Positions 54,693 to 64,000 of a stretch of 64,000 nucleotides of DNA are shown piece by piece. The DNA is from an uncultured Planctomycetota bacterium (GTDB taxonomy: Bacteria; Planctomycetota; Planctomycetia; Isosphaerales; Isosphaeraceae), in contig CAWGMQ010000011.1 of assembly GCA_963823665.1 (NCBI GenBank), forward strand, positions 896,001 to 960,000, read 5' to 3'. The position numbers and the translations under genes are program-made. The notes under the pieces are model-generated. The model worked only from the letters and a program-made list of their open reading frames with translations, had not been told where the DNA came from and ran no database searches. The first letter of the stretch is position 1, and every line of letters starts with the position of its first letter.

Positions 54693-55869
54693 TCAGCAAG
54701 GTTGGGGTCTCTCCTGGCGAATAGCCCGGCGCCCAAAGTGAAATGAGGTCGGAACTGGGCTTTGCGCGAGTGTTCCGCGCTCCCGTCGACGAGCGAGGAT
54801 TTCGCGCCAGGCGAAGGCGGCGTCGAGCTTGCCCTGCAGGAATGGCCGAAGCCTCCTTCTGGCGAGTCGCCAGAGCGTCTGCGCGGTCAGGAAGAAGAGA
54901 CGCGGCGCGAGGGCGATCACCAGTTTTCGGCCGGGCATGTTGGTCCAGAAGAGGAGCTCGGCGTTGCGGGACATCCGGCGCTGAAGGGTCGGGCTGCGGT
55001 GATCGTATGTCGCGGAGACGTCGTGGAAGATCACGCAGGCCGGGGCAAACAAGCAGCGGAGAACCGGCCCATCGCAGGCGGAAGGCGAGGTCGACGTCCT
55101 CATAGTATGAGCCATAAAGTGAATCATAACCGCCGAGTCGCTTCAGGACATCGGCCCGATAAAACGCGCTCGACCCGCTGGCGCCGAAGACTTCTTCGAC
55201 AGCCCTTCCGGCGAAGAGGCGGGCGGGCTGGCCGTGGCCCCGCTTGGCCGGGCGGCCGAAGAGGTTGTACGAGTCGCCGGCGGAATCGACCCGGGCGGGC
55301 TGGGAGCGGATGCGCACGAGCGGAGCAACCGAGCCAACCGACGGATCCGCAAAGAGCGAGATTGCGGATTCGATCCAGCCGGCGCTCACTTCGGTATCGT
55401 TGTTGAGCAACTGGATGAACCGGCCGCGGGCCGCCGCAATTCCTGCATTGGCGGCGGTGCAGAAACCGCCGTTGCGCTCGGCTCGGATGACCCGAACGTC
55501 GGGATAAGCACTCGCGAGCCAGTCGGGCGTGCCGTCGGTGGACGCGTCGTCGCTGACCAGCACTTCGAGCGTGATTGCCGGGTCCGGCGGGAGGTGCTCA
55601 AAAATGCTCGCGAGGCAGCGCTCGAGCAGGCCGCGGCCGTTGTAGGTCGGGATCACGATCGAAACGACGGGGGGGGCGCCTGGGCCCGGGGAGACCTTCG
55701 GTCCGGGGACCGGCGGGGTCGGGAGACCCGCGCCGAACAGCGGTCCGGGGACCGGCGGGGTCTGGAGACCCGCGCCGGACGAATCCGAGCTCGGCGGGGT
55801 TGGGAAACCCGCGCTCGACGGACGCTCGTTCAGGCGTGCGTCTTGGCTGTGCGCCTGGCTTCGTTCCAC
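54693..55869 (-). CDS. Glycosyltransferase family 2 (frameshift near 55058)
   Basis: VSIVIPTYNG..LERCL, DDASTDGT, NGGF..AAN.GI, LLNNDT, YYEDVDLAFRL. Confidence 0.9.
55690..55812. repeat. Three tandem GC-rich REP-like units inside the GT2 5' region
   Basis: Core CGGCGGGGTYKGGARACCCGCG at 55711, 55753 and 55792 (spacings 42 and 39 bp). Confidence 0.8.
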
Positions 55870-57051
55870 GACGTCTTACCCCAGAAGACATGTTGAATCG
55901 TCATGAGCATGATGCGGAGGTCGAGGGTCAAGGACCAGCGTTCGATGTAGTCGAGGTCATACTGGATGCGTTTTCGCAGCGACGTGCGGCCGCGCCAGCC
56001 GTGGACTTGAGCCCAGCCGGTCATGCCGACGGGTACGGCGTGGCGGAGGTCGTAGTCGGGCATGGTGTGGCTGAATTCGGCGACGAAATGGGGGCGTTCG
56101 GGCCTGGGCCCGACCAGCCCCATGTCGCCCTTGATCACGTTCAAGAGCTGAGGAAGCTCGTCGATGTTCGTGTGCCGAAGCCAATCGCCGATCCTGGTGC
56201 AGCGGGTGTCGTGGTTCGAGGCCCAGATCGGGCCGGTCACGCTCTCGGCGTCGGTGCGCATGCTGCGGAACTTGATGATGCGGAAGAGACGGCCCCCCTG
56301 CCCCACTCGCTCCTGCGAATAGAAGATCGGCCGGCCGGTCGTGACCAGAATGGCCACGGCCACCGCGAGGAGGAGAGGTGAGAGCACGATCAATGCACAA
56401 GTGGCAAGGGTTGTGTCCACCACGCGTTTCAAAATGCGGGGCCAGGCAAGGCGGCGCGCACTCGAGAGCCGCAGGGGCACTCGCCTGGGTTTCGGAGCCT
56501 TTTGCGGCGAATGCAGATGCCATTCCGTGGCGCCTGAGGACCGGGTCGTGCCGGGTGCAGGCAGATCGAGGCGGCCGGAATCAACGAAGAGCCAATGCAC
56601 AGCGACGCCGGAATTGCTAAGTTGGGAGAGCTCTCGTGCAAGATGAGGCCTGCGGTTTGCGGATACGGCCACGACCAGGTCGGTGGCCTTGGCGCGGTCG
56701 AGAAGCTGCTCGAGTCGATCGATACTCCCCAGAACGGGGACAGGATCGGCCTGGGGATGGAGGGCCAGATGACGGCATCGGGAGCGCTGGCTCAGGGAGG
56801 AGTGATGACTGCGCGTCGACGAAGCCGACGATCGAGAGCCCGGTCCACGGCTTGTTGCCGAGATTTCGCACGAGCTTTCGAGCGGCGCGGCGGGCACCCA
56901 CCAGCACGACCCGGGTTTGCCCGAGTGTCGCCCGACGAGCCACCAGGTCGTCAAGATCGTTCATGAATCCCCGCCACTCACTCGGAGACATCACGGCTCC
57001 CGGAGCTGCGTACGCGTTGGAGCCAACTGTCTTGGCCGGGGGACTTACCAT
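55830..57051 (-). CDS. Polyprenyl glycosylphosphotransferase (WcaJ/WbaP-like sugar transferase; frameshift near 56810)
   Basis: VVLVGA..IVGFVD, KR..D, PIFYSQERVG..F.IIKFRSM, DELPQLLNV.KGDM.LVGPRPER, G.TGWAQVHG, DLDYI..WSL.LD. Confidence 0.92.
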
Positions 57052-57224
57052 CCGAGACCTCGTTCGAGACGGATTCGTTCAAGCTCTTCGATCGACCGGT
57101 CCGACGTTAAATCTGAGTTATTCCGAAAAATGGTTAGATTCGGGTGCGAGCCGCTGTCCGATTCGAGGTCGACTGCGTGAACCAGAATGATCAGAACGCG
57201 AGTCCGGCGCCTGGCCGAAGCCTG

Positions 57225-58301
57225 ATGCCGCGGTTGACGGTGATAATCGTCAACTACGAGAGCTGGCCGGACGTGCTCGAGCTGACCTCGGCGCTCGCGG
57301 AAGAGCCCGAGTTCTCCTCAGGCCGCTGCGGGATCGTGGTCGTCGACAACGCCTCGCGGGGCCCGCTGCCCGATGCATTCTCACTCCACCGAGTGGGCCA
57401 ACGAGTCGTGTTCCGCCCGGACAACGGAGGCTTTGCCGCGGGCGTGAACGCCGGATGGCGAATCGCAGAAAGTCCGTGGCTTTTGGTACTGAATCCCGAT
57501 GTCGAAGTGGCGAGTGGATTCCTGGGCCAGGTCTTCGAGCGACTCGAACAAATCGAAACCAAGGCAGACGGTCCGCCGGGGATCGTCGGGTTCGGCTTGC
57601 GGAACCCCGACGGTTCACCGCAGGGCTCGGTCGGCGTCTTCCCCAACCTATCCCGAACCATTCGGGAGCAGTTCATACCCCGTTCTCGCCGGAAATACCA
57701 GCCCGGTTGGCGAATTCGCTCCGGCCAGGTTGACTGGGTAACGGGTGCGTGCATGCTCGTCAACTCGGAGATGATCGCCGAGCTCGGGGGGATGGACGAG
57801 GACTTCTTTCTGTACCACGAGGAGGTGGCATTCAGCCGCGAAGCCCGAAACCGTGGCTGGCGCGTGGAATACGACCCAAGTGTGACGGTCATTCACCGAC
57901 ATCCATTGCAGAATCGGCCGATCTCGCCCATGATGCGGGTGATCACCCGGCACAGCAAGTTGCTCTATTTTCGCAAGCACTTGCCGCGCTGGCAGTTCGA
58001 GAGCTTGGCCGCCATCGTGTTGTGCGAGGCGGCGACCAAGGGCTCCTGGTCGCGACTGATCCGTCGCCCGGCAGAGGCCCGGGCCTGGCGGTTGATTGCG
58101 GCGATCACACAGGCGATGCGGGCGGGCCGGGGACCGGCCGGCCGAGAGGTTCTGGAGCTGGCCCAATCCGCCGTCCGACCGGGCGAGGTTGAGCCACCCG
58201 GACGGAAAGGATCAATGTGCAAGGACGCAACTCACTCGCCGTTGCGAGTGCCAGCTCGCCCGACGCTGACGTCCGCGCAGGCGACCGATTCGAGAGCGTA
58301 G
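57225..58301 (+). CDS. Glycosyltransferase family 2
   Basis: LTVIIVNY, VVDNAS, NGGFAAGVN, LNPDV, GACML, GGMDEDFFLYHEE. Confidence 0.92.
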   Translation: MPRLTVIIVNYESWPDVLELTSALAEEPEFSSGRCGIVVVDNASRGPLPDAFSLHRVGQRVVFRPDNGGFAAGVNAGWRIAESPWLLVLNPDVEVASGFLGQVFERLEQIETKADGPPGIVGFGLRNPDGSPQGSVGVFPNLSRTIREQFIPRSRRKYQPGWRIRSGQVDWVTGACMLVNSEMIAELGGMDEDFFLYHEEVAFSREARNRGWRVEYDPSVTVIHRHPLQNRPISPMMRVITRHSKLLYFRKHLPRWQFESLAAIVLCEAATKGSWSRLIRRPAEARAWRLIAAITQAMRAGRGPAGREVLELAQSAVRPGEVEPPGRKGSMCKDATHSPLRVPARPTLTSAQATDSRA

Positions 58302-58330
58302 GGAATCCCTTCGCGGAGCGAAGGGCGACA

Positions 58331-59938
58331 ATGGCGAGCGCGCTGACTGGCTTGCTCGCGATCGTCATTCTCTCAGCGCTCACCGGGCTGGTTCTCTCAA
58401 GCAGAGGGAATCTCGCCTGGGACGACGCGGACTACCTGCGCAGAGGGCTTTCCAACGCGAGATTCGCCGCGGCGGGCGGGATGCTGCTGGTTGTTCCTCG
58501 CGCGATCGACAGGCTGCTCTCGGAGCAACCCAAGCCTCCGTGGTTCGTCGCCTGGATCGAGCTGGGCGTCCACGCGATCGGCCGGTCATCCGTTGATCTC
58601 TTGATCTTGTTCTCCACGGTAGTCCCTTATTCGATCCTGATGCTTGCCGTCGTCGTGACCGGCCGGTGGCTGCGAGGGGCCTGGGGCGGCTTACTGGCGC
58701 TGGTCTGCCTGGCTGCCTCGCCATTATCACTCGCGTTCGGCGACAAAGTGATGGTCGAGACGTTTCTGGCACTCTGGGTCTTGCTCGTCTACAGCCTGAC
58801 GGCGCATTTCGTCAACGCTCCGTCGCGCAGGATCGCCGCGGCACTCGGCCTGACCGTCGGTCTGGCCCTGCTCACCAAATTGACGACGGCCATTTTCCTT
58901 CCCGCGCCATTGATCTACGGATGTGCGCACATCGTGCGCAATCGTGCGCTGGCACCGCTCGTCTTGAAGAGACTCGGCCTCGCGGTCGCGATCTGCGTGG
59001 CCGTGGCGGGACCGTGGTATGCGAAGAACGCGGGCCCGGCTGTCAGGTTTGCGTTTTTCTCCTCGAGGTACAACGAAGTCGCGACAGGGACGGATCGCGT
59101 TCCTACGGCTCGGCGGGCGGCCGAGATGCTGCGCGATCTGGCGGGCTGGCCCTTGACCGGCACGGTTGCGGCGAGCGTACTGGCCGCGGCCGTTTGGGGA
59201 TGGAAGAAGCCGCGAGAGATCGACGAGCAGGGCAACCGAGGCGACCTCGCTCGGACTTGCTTCACGAGGATGGCCTGGCTTGGAGCGGGCATCGCGGCGG
59301 CCGTGCTGATATTTCCCGCGTACTTCGATACGCGTTTCCTGCTGCCGATCTGGCCGGTACTGGCGGTGGCGATCGGGGCGACTGTCAGCTCGTACGGGCT
59401 ACGGCTACCCGCGTTTCCGAAGACACTGGTCGGGCTGGGTTTCGCCGGCAGCCTCGTGCTTGCGTTCATGAGCGTCGCCCGGGAGCCGTCGTTTCCGACG
59501 TACTGGCAAACAACCGGGATGATCGATGAACTGGTCAAGCGGTACGGCGTGTCGAACCTGGTCAACGTGGGTAACTGTGCGGCGTGGAATGTTTGTAAAA
59601 CAGGTTTGATGAACGAGCTGCGTGAGGACCCGGGCAGTTGTTTCGTCTTGCACGACCTGACGCGCACCACCGAGGCCCGCGCCGAGCGACTCCTCGAGCA
59701 GGCGGATGGCGTGGTTGTGCTGGGGCGGTCTGACCTTCCGGACGCGGTCGTGCAGCTCGCCCCGGGATTGAATCGCCGTTACAGCGCCGTGGTGGAGGAA
59801 CTTGCGACCCGCCCTGATTTTCGAGCGGTCGGGCTTCCGGCAAAGGAGGGTTTGCCCGAGCTCCAGGTTTTTGTCCGGCGGGCCCCGTTCCAGGAGGCGA
59901 AAAAAACGTCAAGGTCCGAGGTACGGAGGCGCCGATAA
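58331..59938 (+). CDS. GT-C fold (ArnT/PMT-like) membrane glycosyltransferase
   Basis: WDDADY after the first TM, KPP, VE, GLALLTK, PWY, RFLLP. About 11 TM helices. Confidence 0.8.
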   Translation: MASALTGLLAIVILSALTGLVLSSRGNLAWDDADYLRRGLSNARFAAAGGMLLVVPRAIDRLLSEQPKPPWFVAWIELGVHAIGRSSVDLLILFSTVVPYSILMLAVVVTGRWLRGAWGGLLALVCLAASPLSLAFGDKVMVETFLALWVLLVYSLTAHFVNAPSRRIAAALGLTVGLALLTKLTTAIFLPAPLIYGCAHIVRNRALAPLVLKRLGLAVAICVAVAGPWYAKNAGPAVRFAFFSSRYNEVATGTDRVPTARRAAEMLRDLAGWPLTGTVAASVLAAAVWGWKKPREIDEQGNRGDLARTCFTRMAWLGAGIAAAVLIFPAYFDTRFLLPIWPVLAVAIGATVSSYGLRLPAFPKTLVGLGFAGSLVLAFMSVAREPSFPTYWQTTGMIDELVKRYGVSNLVNVGNCAAWNVCKTGLMNELREDPGSCFVLHDLTRTTEARAERLLEQADGVVVLGRSDLPDAVVQLAPGLNRRYSAVVEELATRPDFRAVGLPAKEGLPELQVFVRRAPFQEAKKTSRSEVRRRR

Positions 59939-60101
59939 CGAGAGGAATTGCACGCGGGCCGGAATCAGGCGGAAGCCGGCCCCATCGTCCGGAACAGGCG
60001 GGGGATCCCTGGGTCCGGCGGAGATTCGATCGACCAGGCACGCGGCGAAAGGATGGCCGATTTTGGCGACCGGTCGGGATGCGAAGCGAATCGGACTGCT
60101 C

Positions 60102-61628
60102 ATGCTGGCCGCGGGGCTGTTGCTCGGCTGGCTCGTGATGCATACCGAGATCTTCTACACCGATGGGCTGCGCTACATCGCCCAGGCGCGAACGATCGAC
60201 GGCGGATCACTCGCCAAAGGGCTGGTTCATTCGGTTGACCACCCGGTCTATCCCGCGGCGATCGTGGTGGTTCATCGACTGATCGGTGGCGACCGGCCGC
60301 GCGACTGGCAAAGGGCTGCGCAGATCGCCGCGATGATCGCCGGCAGTCTGGTCGTGCTGCCATTGTACTTGATCGCGCTGGAGCTATTCGGAGCGCGATC
60401 GGCCTGGATATCCTGCTTGTTGATTTATCTCGTGCCGTTTAATAGCCACGTACTGGCGGATGCTCTGTCGGAGAGCACATTCCTTTTCTTCTGGTCGTTC
60501 GGCGTCTGGTCGAGCTTGAGGCTCTTGCGCACGGCGAGATTGGTCTGGTTAGGGCCGATCGTGGGGGCGAGTGCGCTTGCGTACCTGACCCGGCCCGAAG
60601 GGCTGGTCATCCTGGTGTCGCTCCTGGGCACATTGACGGTGCTGCCGTTCTGGCGATCGGCCGAGTTTCCGGCGAAGAAGGTGCATTGGGCGCTCGGCTT
60701 GCTGATCGGCGCCGGCCTGGTCGCCGCGGGGCCGTTCATGATTTTGAAGGGGGGAATCAGCAGCAAGCCATCGATGAGCAGACTGCTGGGATCGGCCGGC
60801 AAAGCGGATCCAATGGCCGTGGAGCGAGAACGTCCGCTCGAGCACGGACAGACGCTGGCGAAGACGGCTTTCCTGGCCGCCAAGGCGGTGGGCCGGGCGG
60901 TTTTGCGGGCCACTTCCATTCCCGTATTGCTGCTGGTGCCGCTGGGCATACTGGCGGGCTGCGCTAGTGCGACCGGGCGACGGATGTGGGTTTATCTGGG
61001 CATCATGCTCGTGCTCTGCTCACTGGCGCTTGGACGGGTGCATATGCTGGCCGGCTATTGCACACCGCGGCACGCGCTTGTGGTGGCGTGGATTCTGACT
61101 CTGGCCGGCGGTGCGGGCCTGGCGCAACTGGCGGCGGGAATCGCAAGGATTGCAGACAGGCTCGGACGCGGGAGATGGGCTGCGCCTCGGATCGAGGCCG
61201 GCCTGACGGGTGTTGCGGTTCTGGTCCTGGCCTTTATGTCGATGCCCGGCCTGGGCGCTCCGATTGATTCTGGCTTCGCCGGATATCGCGAGGCAGGCGA
61301 GTGGCTGGTCTCGCAAACTTCAGCCGGCGAGCGCGTGATCGACCCCAAGGGACTGGCGCTCTTCTACGCTGATGAAAAGGGCTATACCTTCGCCAGGCTC
61401 ACCGACGGCGTCCGCGACCCGAACGTGCGCTGGCTCGTGGCGCACGACGCGTTTTTGCATGGTCCGTGGGATTACTGCAAGCTGCTGCGCGAGCTCGTCG
61501 GCGAGCGGAGGCCAGTGCAGACTTTTCCCGTGCACGCCAGGCGCGGGGAGTCTCGGGTGTATGTCTTCGACCTGGGGGGTGCGAGGGATCAGACGGCGCG
61601 GCGGCCGGCGGCGGGAGAGCGGAAGTAA
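60102..61628 (+). CDS. GT-C fold (family 39-like) membrane glycosyltransferase (start may be further upstream)
   Basis: DGLRYI..A, HPVYP, LSES.FL, AYLTRPEG. Many TM helices. Confidence 0.8.
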   Translation: MLAAGLLLGWLVMHTEIFYTDGLRYIAQARTIDGGSLAKGLVHSVDHPVYPAAIVVVHRLIGGDRPRDWQRAAQIAAMIAGSLVVLPLYLIALELFGARSAWISCLLIYLVPFNSHVLADALSESTFLFFWSFGVWSSLRLLRTARLVWLGPIVGASALAYLTRPEGLVILVSLLGTLTVLPFWRSAEFPAKKVHWALGLLIGAGLVAAGPFMILKGGISSKPSMSRLLGSAGKADPMAVERERPLEHGQTLAKTAFLAAKAVGRAVLRATSIPVLLLVPLGILAGCASATGRRMWVYLGIMLVLCSLALGRVHMLAGYCTPRHALVVAWILTLAGGAGLAQLAAGIARIADRLGRGRWAAPRIEAGLTGVAVLVLAFMSMPGLGAPIDSGFAGYREAGEWLVSQTSAGERVIDPKGLALFYADEKGYTFARLTDGVRDPNVRWLVAHDAFLHGPWDYCKLLRELVGERRPVQTFPVHARRGESRVYVFDLGGARDQTARRPAAGERK

Positions 61629-61686
61629 CCTGCTGCATCGGTTGTTGCCGCCCGCCCCCCTTCTAGCAGAGGGCCGGACTAAGTTT

Positions 61687-62466
61687 TCAACTGCCCACGG
61701 CTGTGCCAGTCCGTTGCGACGCTTGGCCTACCAAGCTGCCAGGGGCACAACACAGGTCTTCCCTGCCGTGCCACTCGTGCTCGATGCCACGCATCAGCAG
61801 TGCGCAATCAAACTCGATCGAGCCTCGTGGGAAGAGCGACTCATCCTCGAAGAAGCTGGACCGTACCTCGTCGACCTCGAGAGGCTCGATGTGCCAGTTG
61901 AGACATCGCAGCTCCAGGCCCTGGAAGCGTGAGGGATCGCGTGTCGCCGAGTATCCAAGGGAACCGGCGTGGAAGAACGCGGAGGCTTCCTCCAGCGAGC
62001 GAAACTTCGACGATGCCGGCAACCGGTTCGTCCGACGACCGCGTACCGCCATGGTCGTGACACCATCATCACTGCGAAGTTCGACCTCGAAGCGATCCGC
62101 TGTCTCCTCGACCGTGAACCTGGCATGGTGGTGAATGCCCGGGAAGACTCGGCCGCCCACCAATGAGTTGAGCCGGGAGTCGGTGTCACGCCGCCGGACA
62201 TAGACGCCTTCCCGAACGACACCATGGTCGTCCCACTCGACGGCCGTTCGATGGGCGGCGTTTTCGGACGAGATGCCGAGCCAGGACGGGAACGGAGCAG
62301 GCCTGACCTTCTTGAGCCGGATCAGGCAAATCCCAACCATTCCGACCCCGTCCCTGAGCTTGGGCCGAAACGGGGCCGGCAGGAGAGGCGCGAGGACGTT
62401 CGGATCAACGTGGTAGTTGACCAGAATCCGGCGATCAATGACGCCGCGAACACTTGGTATCCTCAT
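61687..62466 (-). CDS. DUF2071/YqjF-like protein
   Basis: RRILVNY..DP..L..LLP..F.P, GISSENAAHR, FDCALLMR.IEHEW. GGGAGG RBS. Confidence 0.8.
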   Translation of the reverse strand: MRIPSVRGVIDRRILVNYHVDPNVLAPLLPAPFRPKLRDGVGMVGICLIRLKKVRPAPFPSWLGISSENAAHRTAVEWDDHGVVREGVYVRRRDTDSRLNSLVGGRVFPGIHHHARFTVEETADRFEVELRSDDGVTTMAVRGRRTNRLPASSKFRSLEEASAFFHAGSLGYSATRDPSRFQGLELRCLNWHIEPLEVDEVRSSFFEDESLFPRGSIEFDCALLMRGIEHEWHGREDLCCAPGSLVGQASQRTGTAVGS

Positions 62467-62883
62467 CTCACGCCTCCCGGAGATCAAGCTCCGAAGAAGA
62501 CAATCGCTTCAGAAATCGAGCTCGCGATCCCATAATGGGTGGGCGCGTGGCGAGGATGAAGAAGGTTCGTCGGCGACGATTGGCAGGTCGAGTTGCGAGC
62601 CAGCATCGGGCAGAATCTGAGCGAGCTCCTGCGGGCTCGGGCACTTCCAGTTGTCTGGCTCGACCGCGGCGTGAGATTCTACTCGGGATGACGTGGTCTG
62701 GCCTGAGCTGCAAAGGGCCGGCCCGAGCTCAACGAGGAGCTGCAGCACGACTTCGACGACTGGTAGTAGCCATTCCATCGGACGGTACCGGAAAAAAGGG
62801 CGTCTGACCAAGCGCGTTACGTCATCCCGATGTGTATTCGCGGTGAGTTCTCGAAGATTTCGCCGAAACGCGATCGCGGGTGG

Positions 62884-63490
62884 CTACTTCTTCTCAAGGC
62901 TTGTCGGGCGCTTATCGTTGGGCTTGGCGATCTTGTCAAAGGGGACTTCGGGAGTGCCCCTGCGCTGGGCGAACATCCAGGGGAGGAAGTTTCGTTCGTT
63001 GAGTGCGGTCGACTTGGGATGCCAGTGCACGCCGTTGGAAATGATGGTGAACATCGGATGGCCATGAGCTGCGCGAAGAGCGTCCATTAATTCGGTCATC
63101 CGTTCGAGAGGGATCGTCGGATCCTTGGCACCGTGGAACGCCCAGATCGGGACGTGCTTGGCGACGCCGACCTTGGCCGGATCGCCGGCTCCGGCCAGGG
63201 GCGCCGCGGCCGCCCAGACTTGCGGCTCGCGCTCGAGCAGCTCCCAAACTCCGCAGGCGCCGTTGGAATAGCCGGTCAGGTAGAGCCGGTCGGCATCGAC
63301 GGGAAACTTCTTCAAAAGCGACTTGAGAAGATCGTTCGTCATCGCCAGGCTCGCGGCCGGCGTCTTGGTGAGCCGGATCGGCTTATCGAAGACGGCGTGT
63401 TGCACCCACGAGCCATCTGCCTGCGGCAGGAGGACGAAGCACGGAAACTTCTTACGGGCATCGGGCTTCAGGAACGCTGTGGCGAGCCTC
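62884..63490 (-). pseudogene. 5'-truncated esterase/peptidase (alpha/beta hydrolase)
   Basis: FPCFVLLPQ, VDADRLYLTGYSNGA.G.W, PIWAFHGAKDPTIP. The N-terminal LHG region and start codon are absent. Confidence 0.75.
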
Positions 63491-64000
63491 AGGCTGCGCG
63501 AGCCGCACCCCAGCTCATGGGACGCTCACGGTGGCTACCGCCCGCCGGTCAGCGACGATCCGATTTACTGGCGGGAATATCTCTTGCCGTGGCGGGGAAG
63601 CCGGGTTCCAGCGGTTGTGCTTCACGTGCGGTGTATGTGGATCACGATCCGGGCGATCATCGTGATGGTCCTACAGATGGCCGTGAAATCATTTCGGCCA
63701 AAACGCGCGCGACCGGCTGGGGCTTCTGGAACGCCTATCGCTGGCTGATCCCGCTCTGGGTGCTCGGGGTCGCTTGCGGCTCGGTTCATCCTCTGGGTGC
63801 CCTGTTCGCCGGTGTGGGTCTGCCCGTCTTGGCTGAGGCAGGGCTTGCGTTGGGCAACTGGGCAGGAATCCGGCCGGGCTCGACGACCCGCGCGGCGCCC
63901 TCGGCTTCGTCGCTGTGGTCGCTCGGGCTCATGATCGGCGGCGGGCTGATTGTCATTGCGCCCCTTTGCTCCGTTCGCGAGTTTGCGATTTTTTGGAGCT
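63480..64000 (+). pseudogene. 5'-truncated ABC-permease-like membrane protein fragment, running off the window
   Basis: RPPVSDDPIYWRE motif followed by hydrophobic segments in shifting frames. Confidence 0.45.

Noticed and set aside
55690..55812. CRISPR array
   Set aside because: Only three units, the inter-unit sequences are not unique spacers, and there are no cas genes.
62509..62811. Small minus-strand ORF (MEWLLPVVEVVLQLL...)
   Set aside because: Plausible N-terminus of a membrane protein, but the rest is unrecognisable and possibly frameshifted, so it cannot be supported.

Overview
GC-rich bacterial chromosomal DNA, most likely from a planctomycete (Isosphaeraceae-like). This call rests on a SpoVG with a Cys-rich insert, an ECF sigma/Ser-Thr kinase-WD40 pair, an 'LEERTLLS' N-terminal motif on a giant secreted protein, a 'DSLGDPLP..ARLRLG' WD40 protein, a sulfatase and a TPR sulfotransferase. 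About 45 genes are present. Housekeeping: ispE, spoVG, phoB-like regulator, csrA, trxB, ftsH, pfkB-family kinase, archease, bcp, phosphohexomutase. Signalling: four Ser/Thr kinase genes, three ECF-type sigma factors, MerR and TetR regulators. Also a ~1,880-aa secreted beta-helix/Ig-like/S53 protease with a near-perfect 636-bp internal duplication, and a divergent glycosyltransferase locus. Roughly 18 single-base frameshifts in otherwise intact genes look like long-read/assembly indels, so several ORF-track fusions and truncations are artefacts. No tRNA, rRNA, CRISPR array or intact transposase was seen. Best leads: (i) a MerR + VIT/vWA-kinase operon with a palindromic operator whose core recurs in the tetR promoter; (ii) a Cys-tailed short ORF with a long spacer ahead of a membrane-anchored sulfatase; (iii) an ECF-kinase pair divergent from the giant protease; (iv) REP-like palindromes, one set in-frame in a CDS; (v) a candidate two-hairpin sRNA; (vi) orphan antitoxins behind toxin remnants. 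None is proven novel from the sequence alone.
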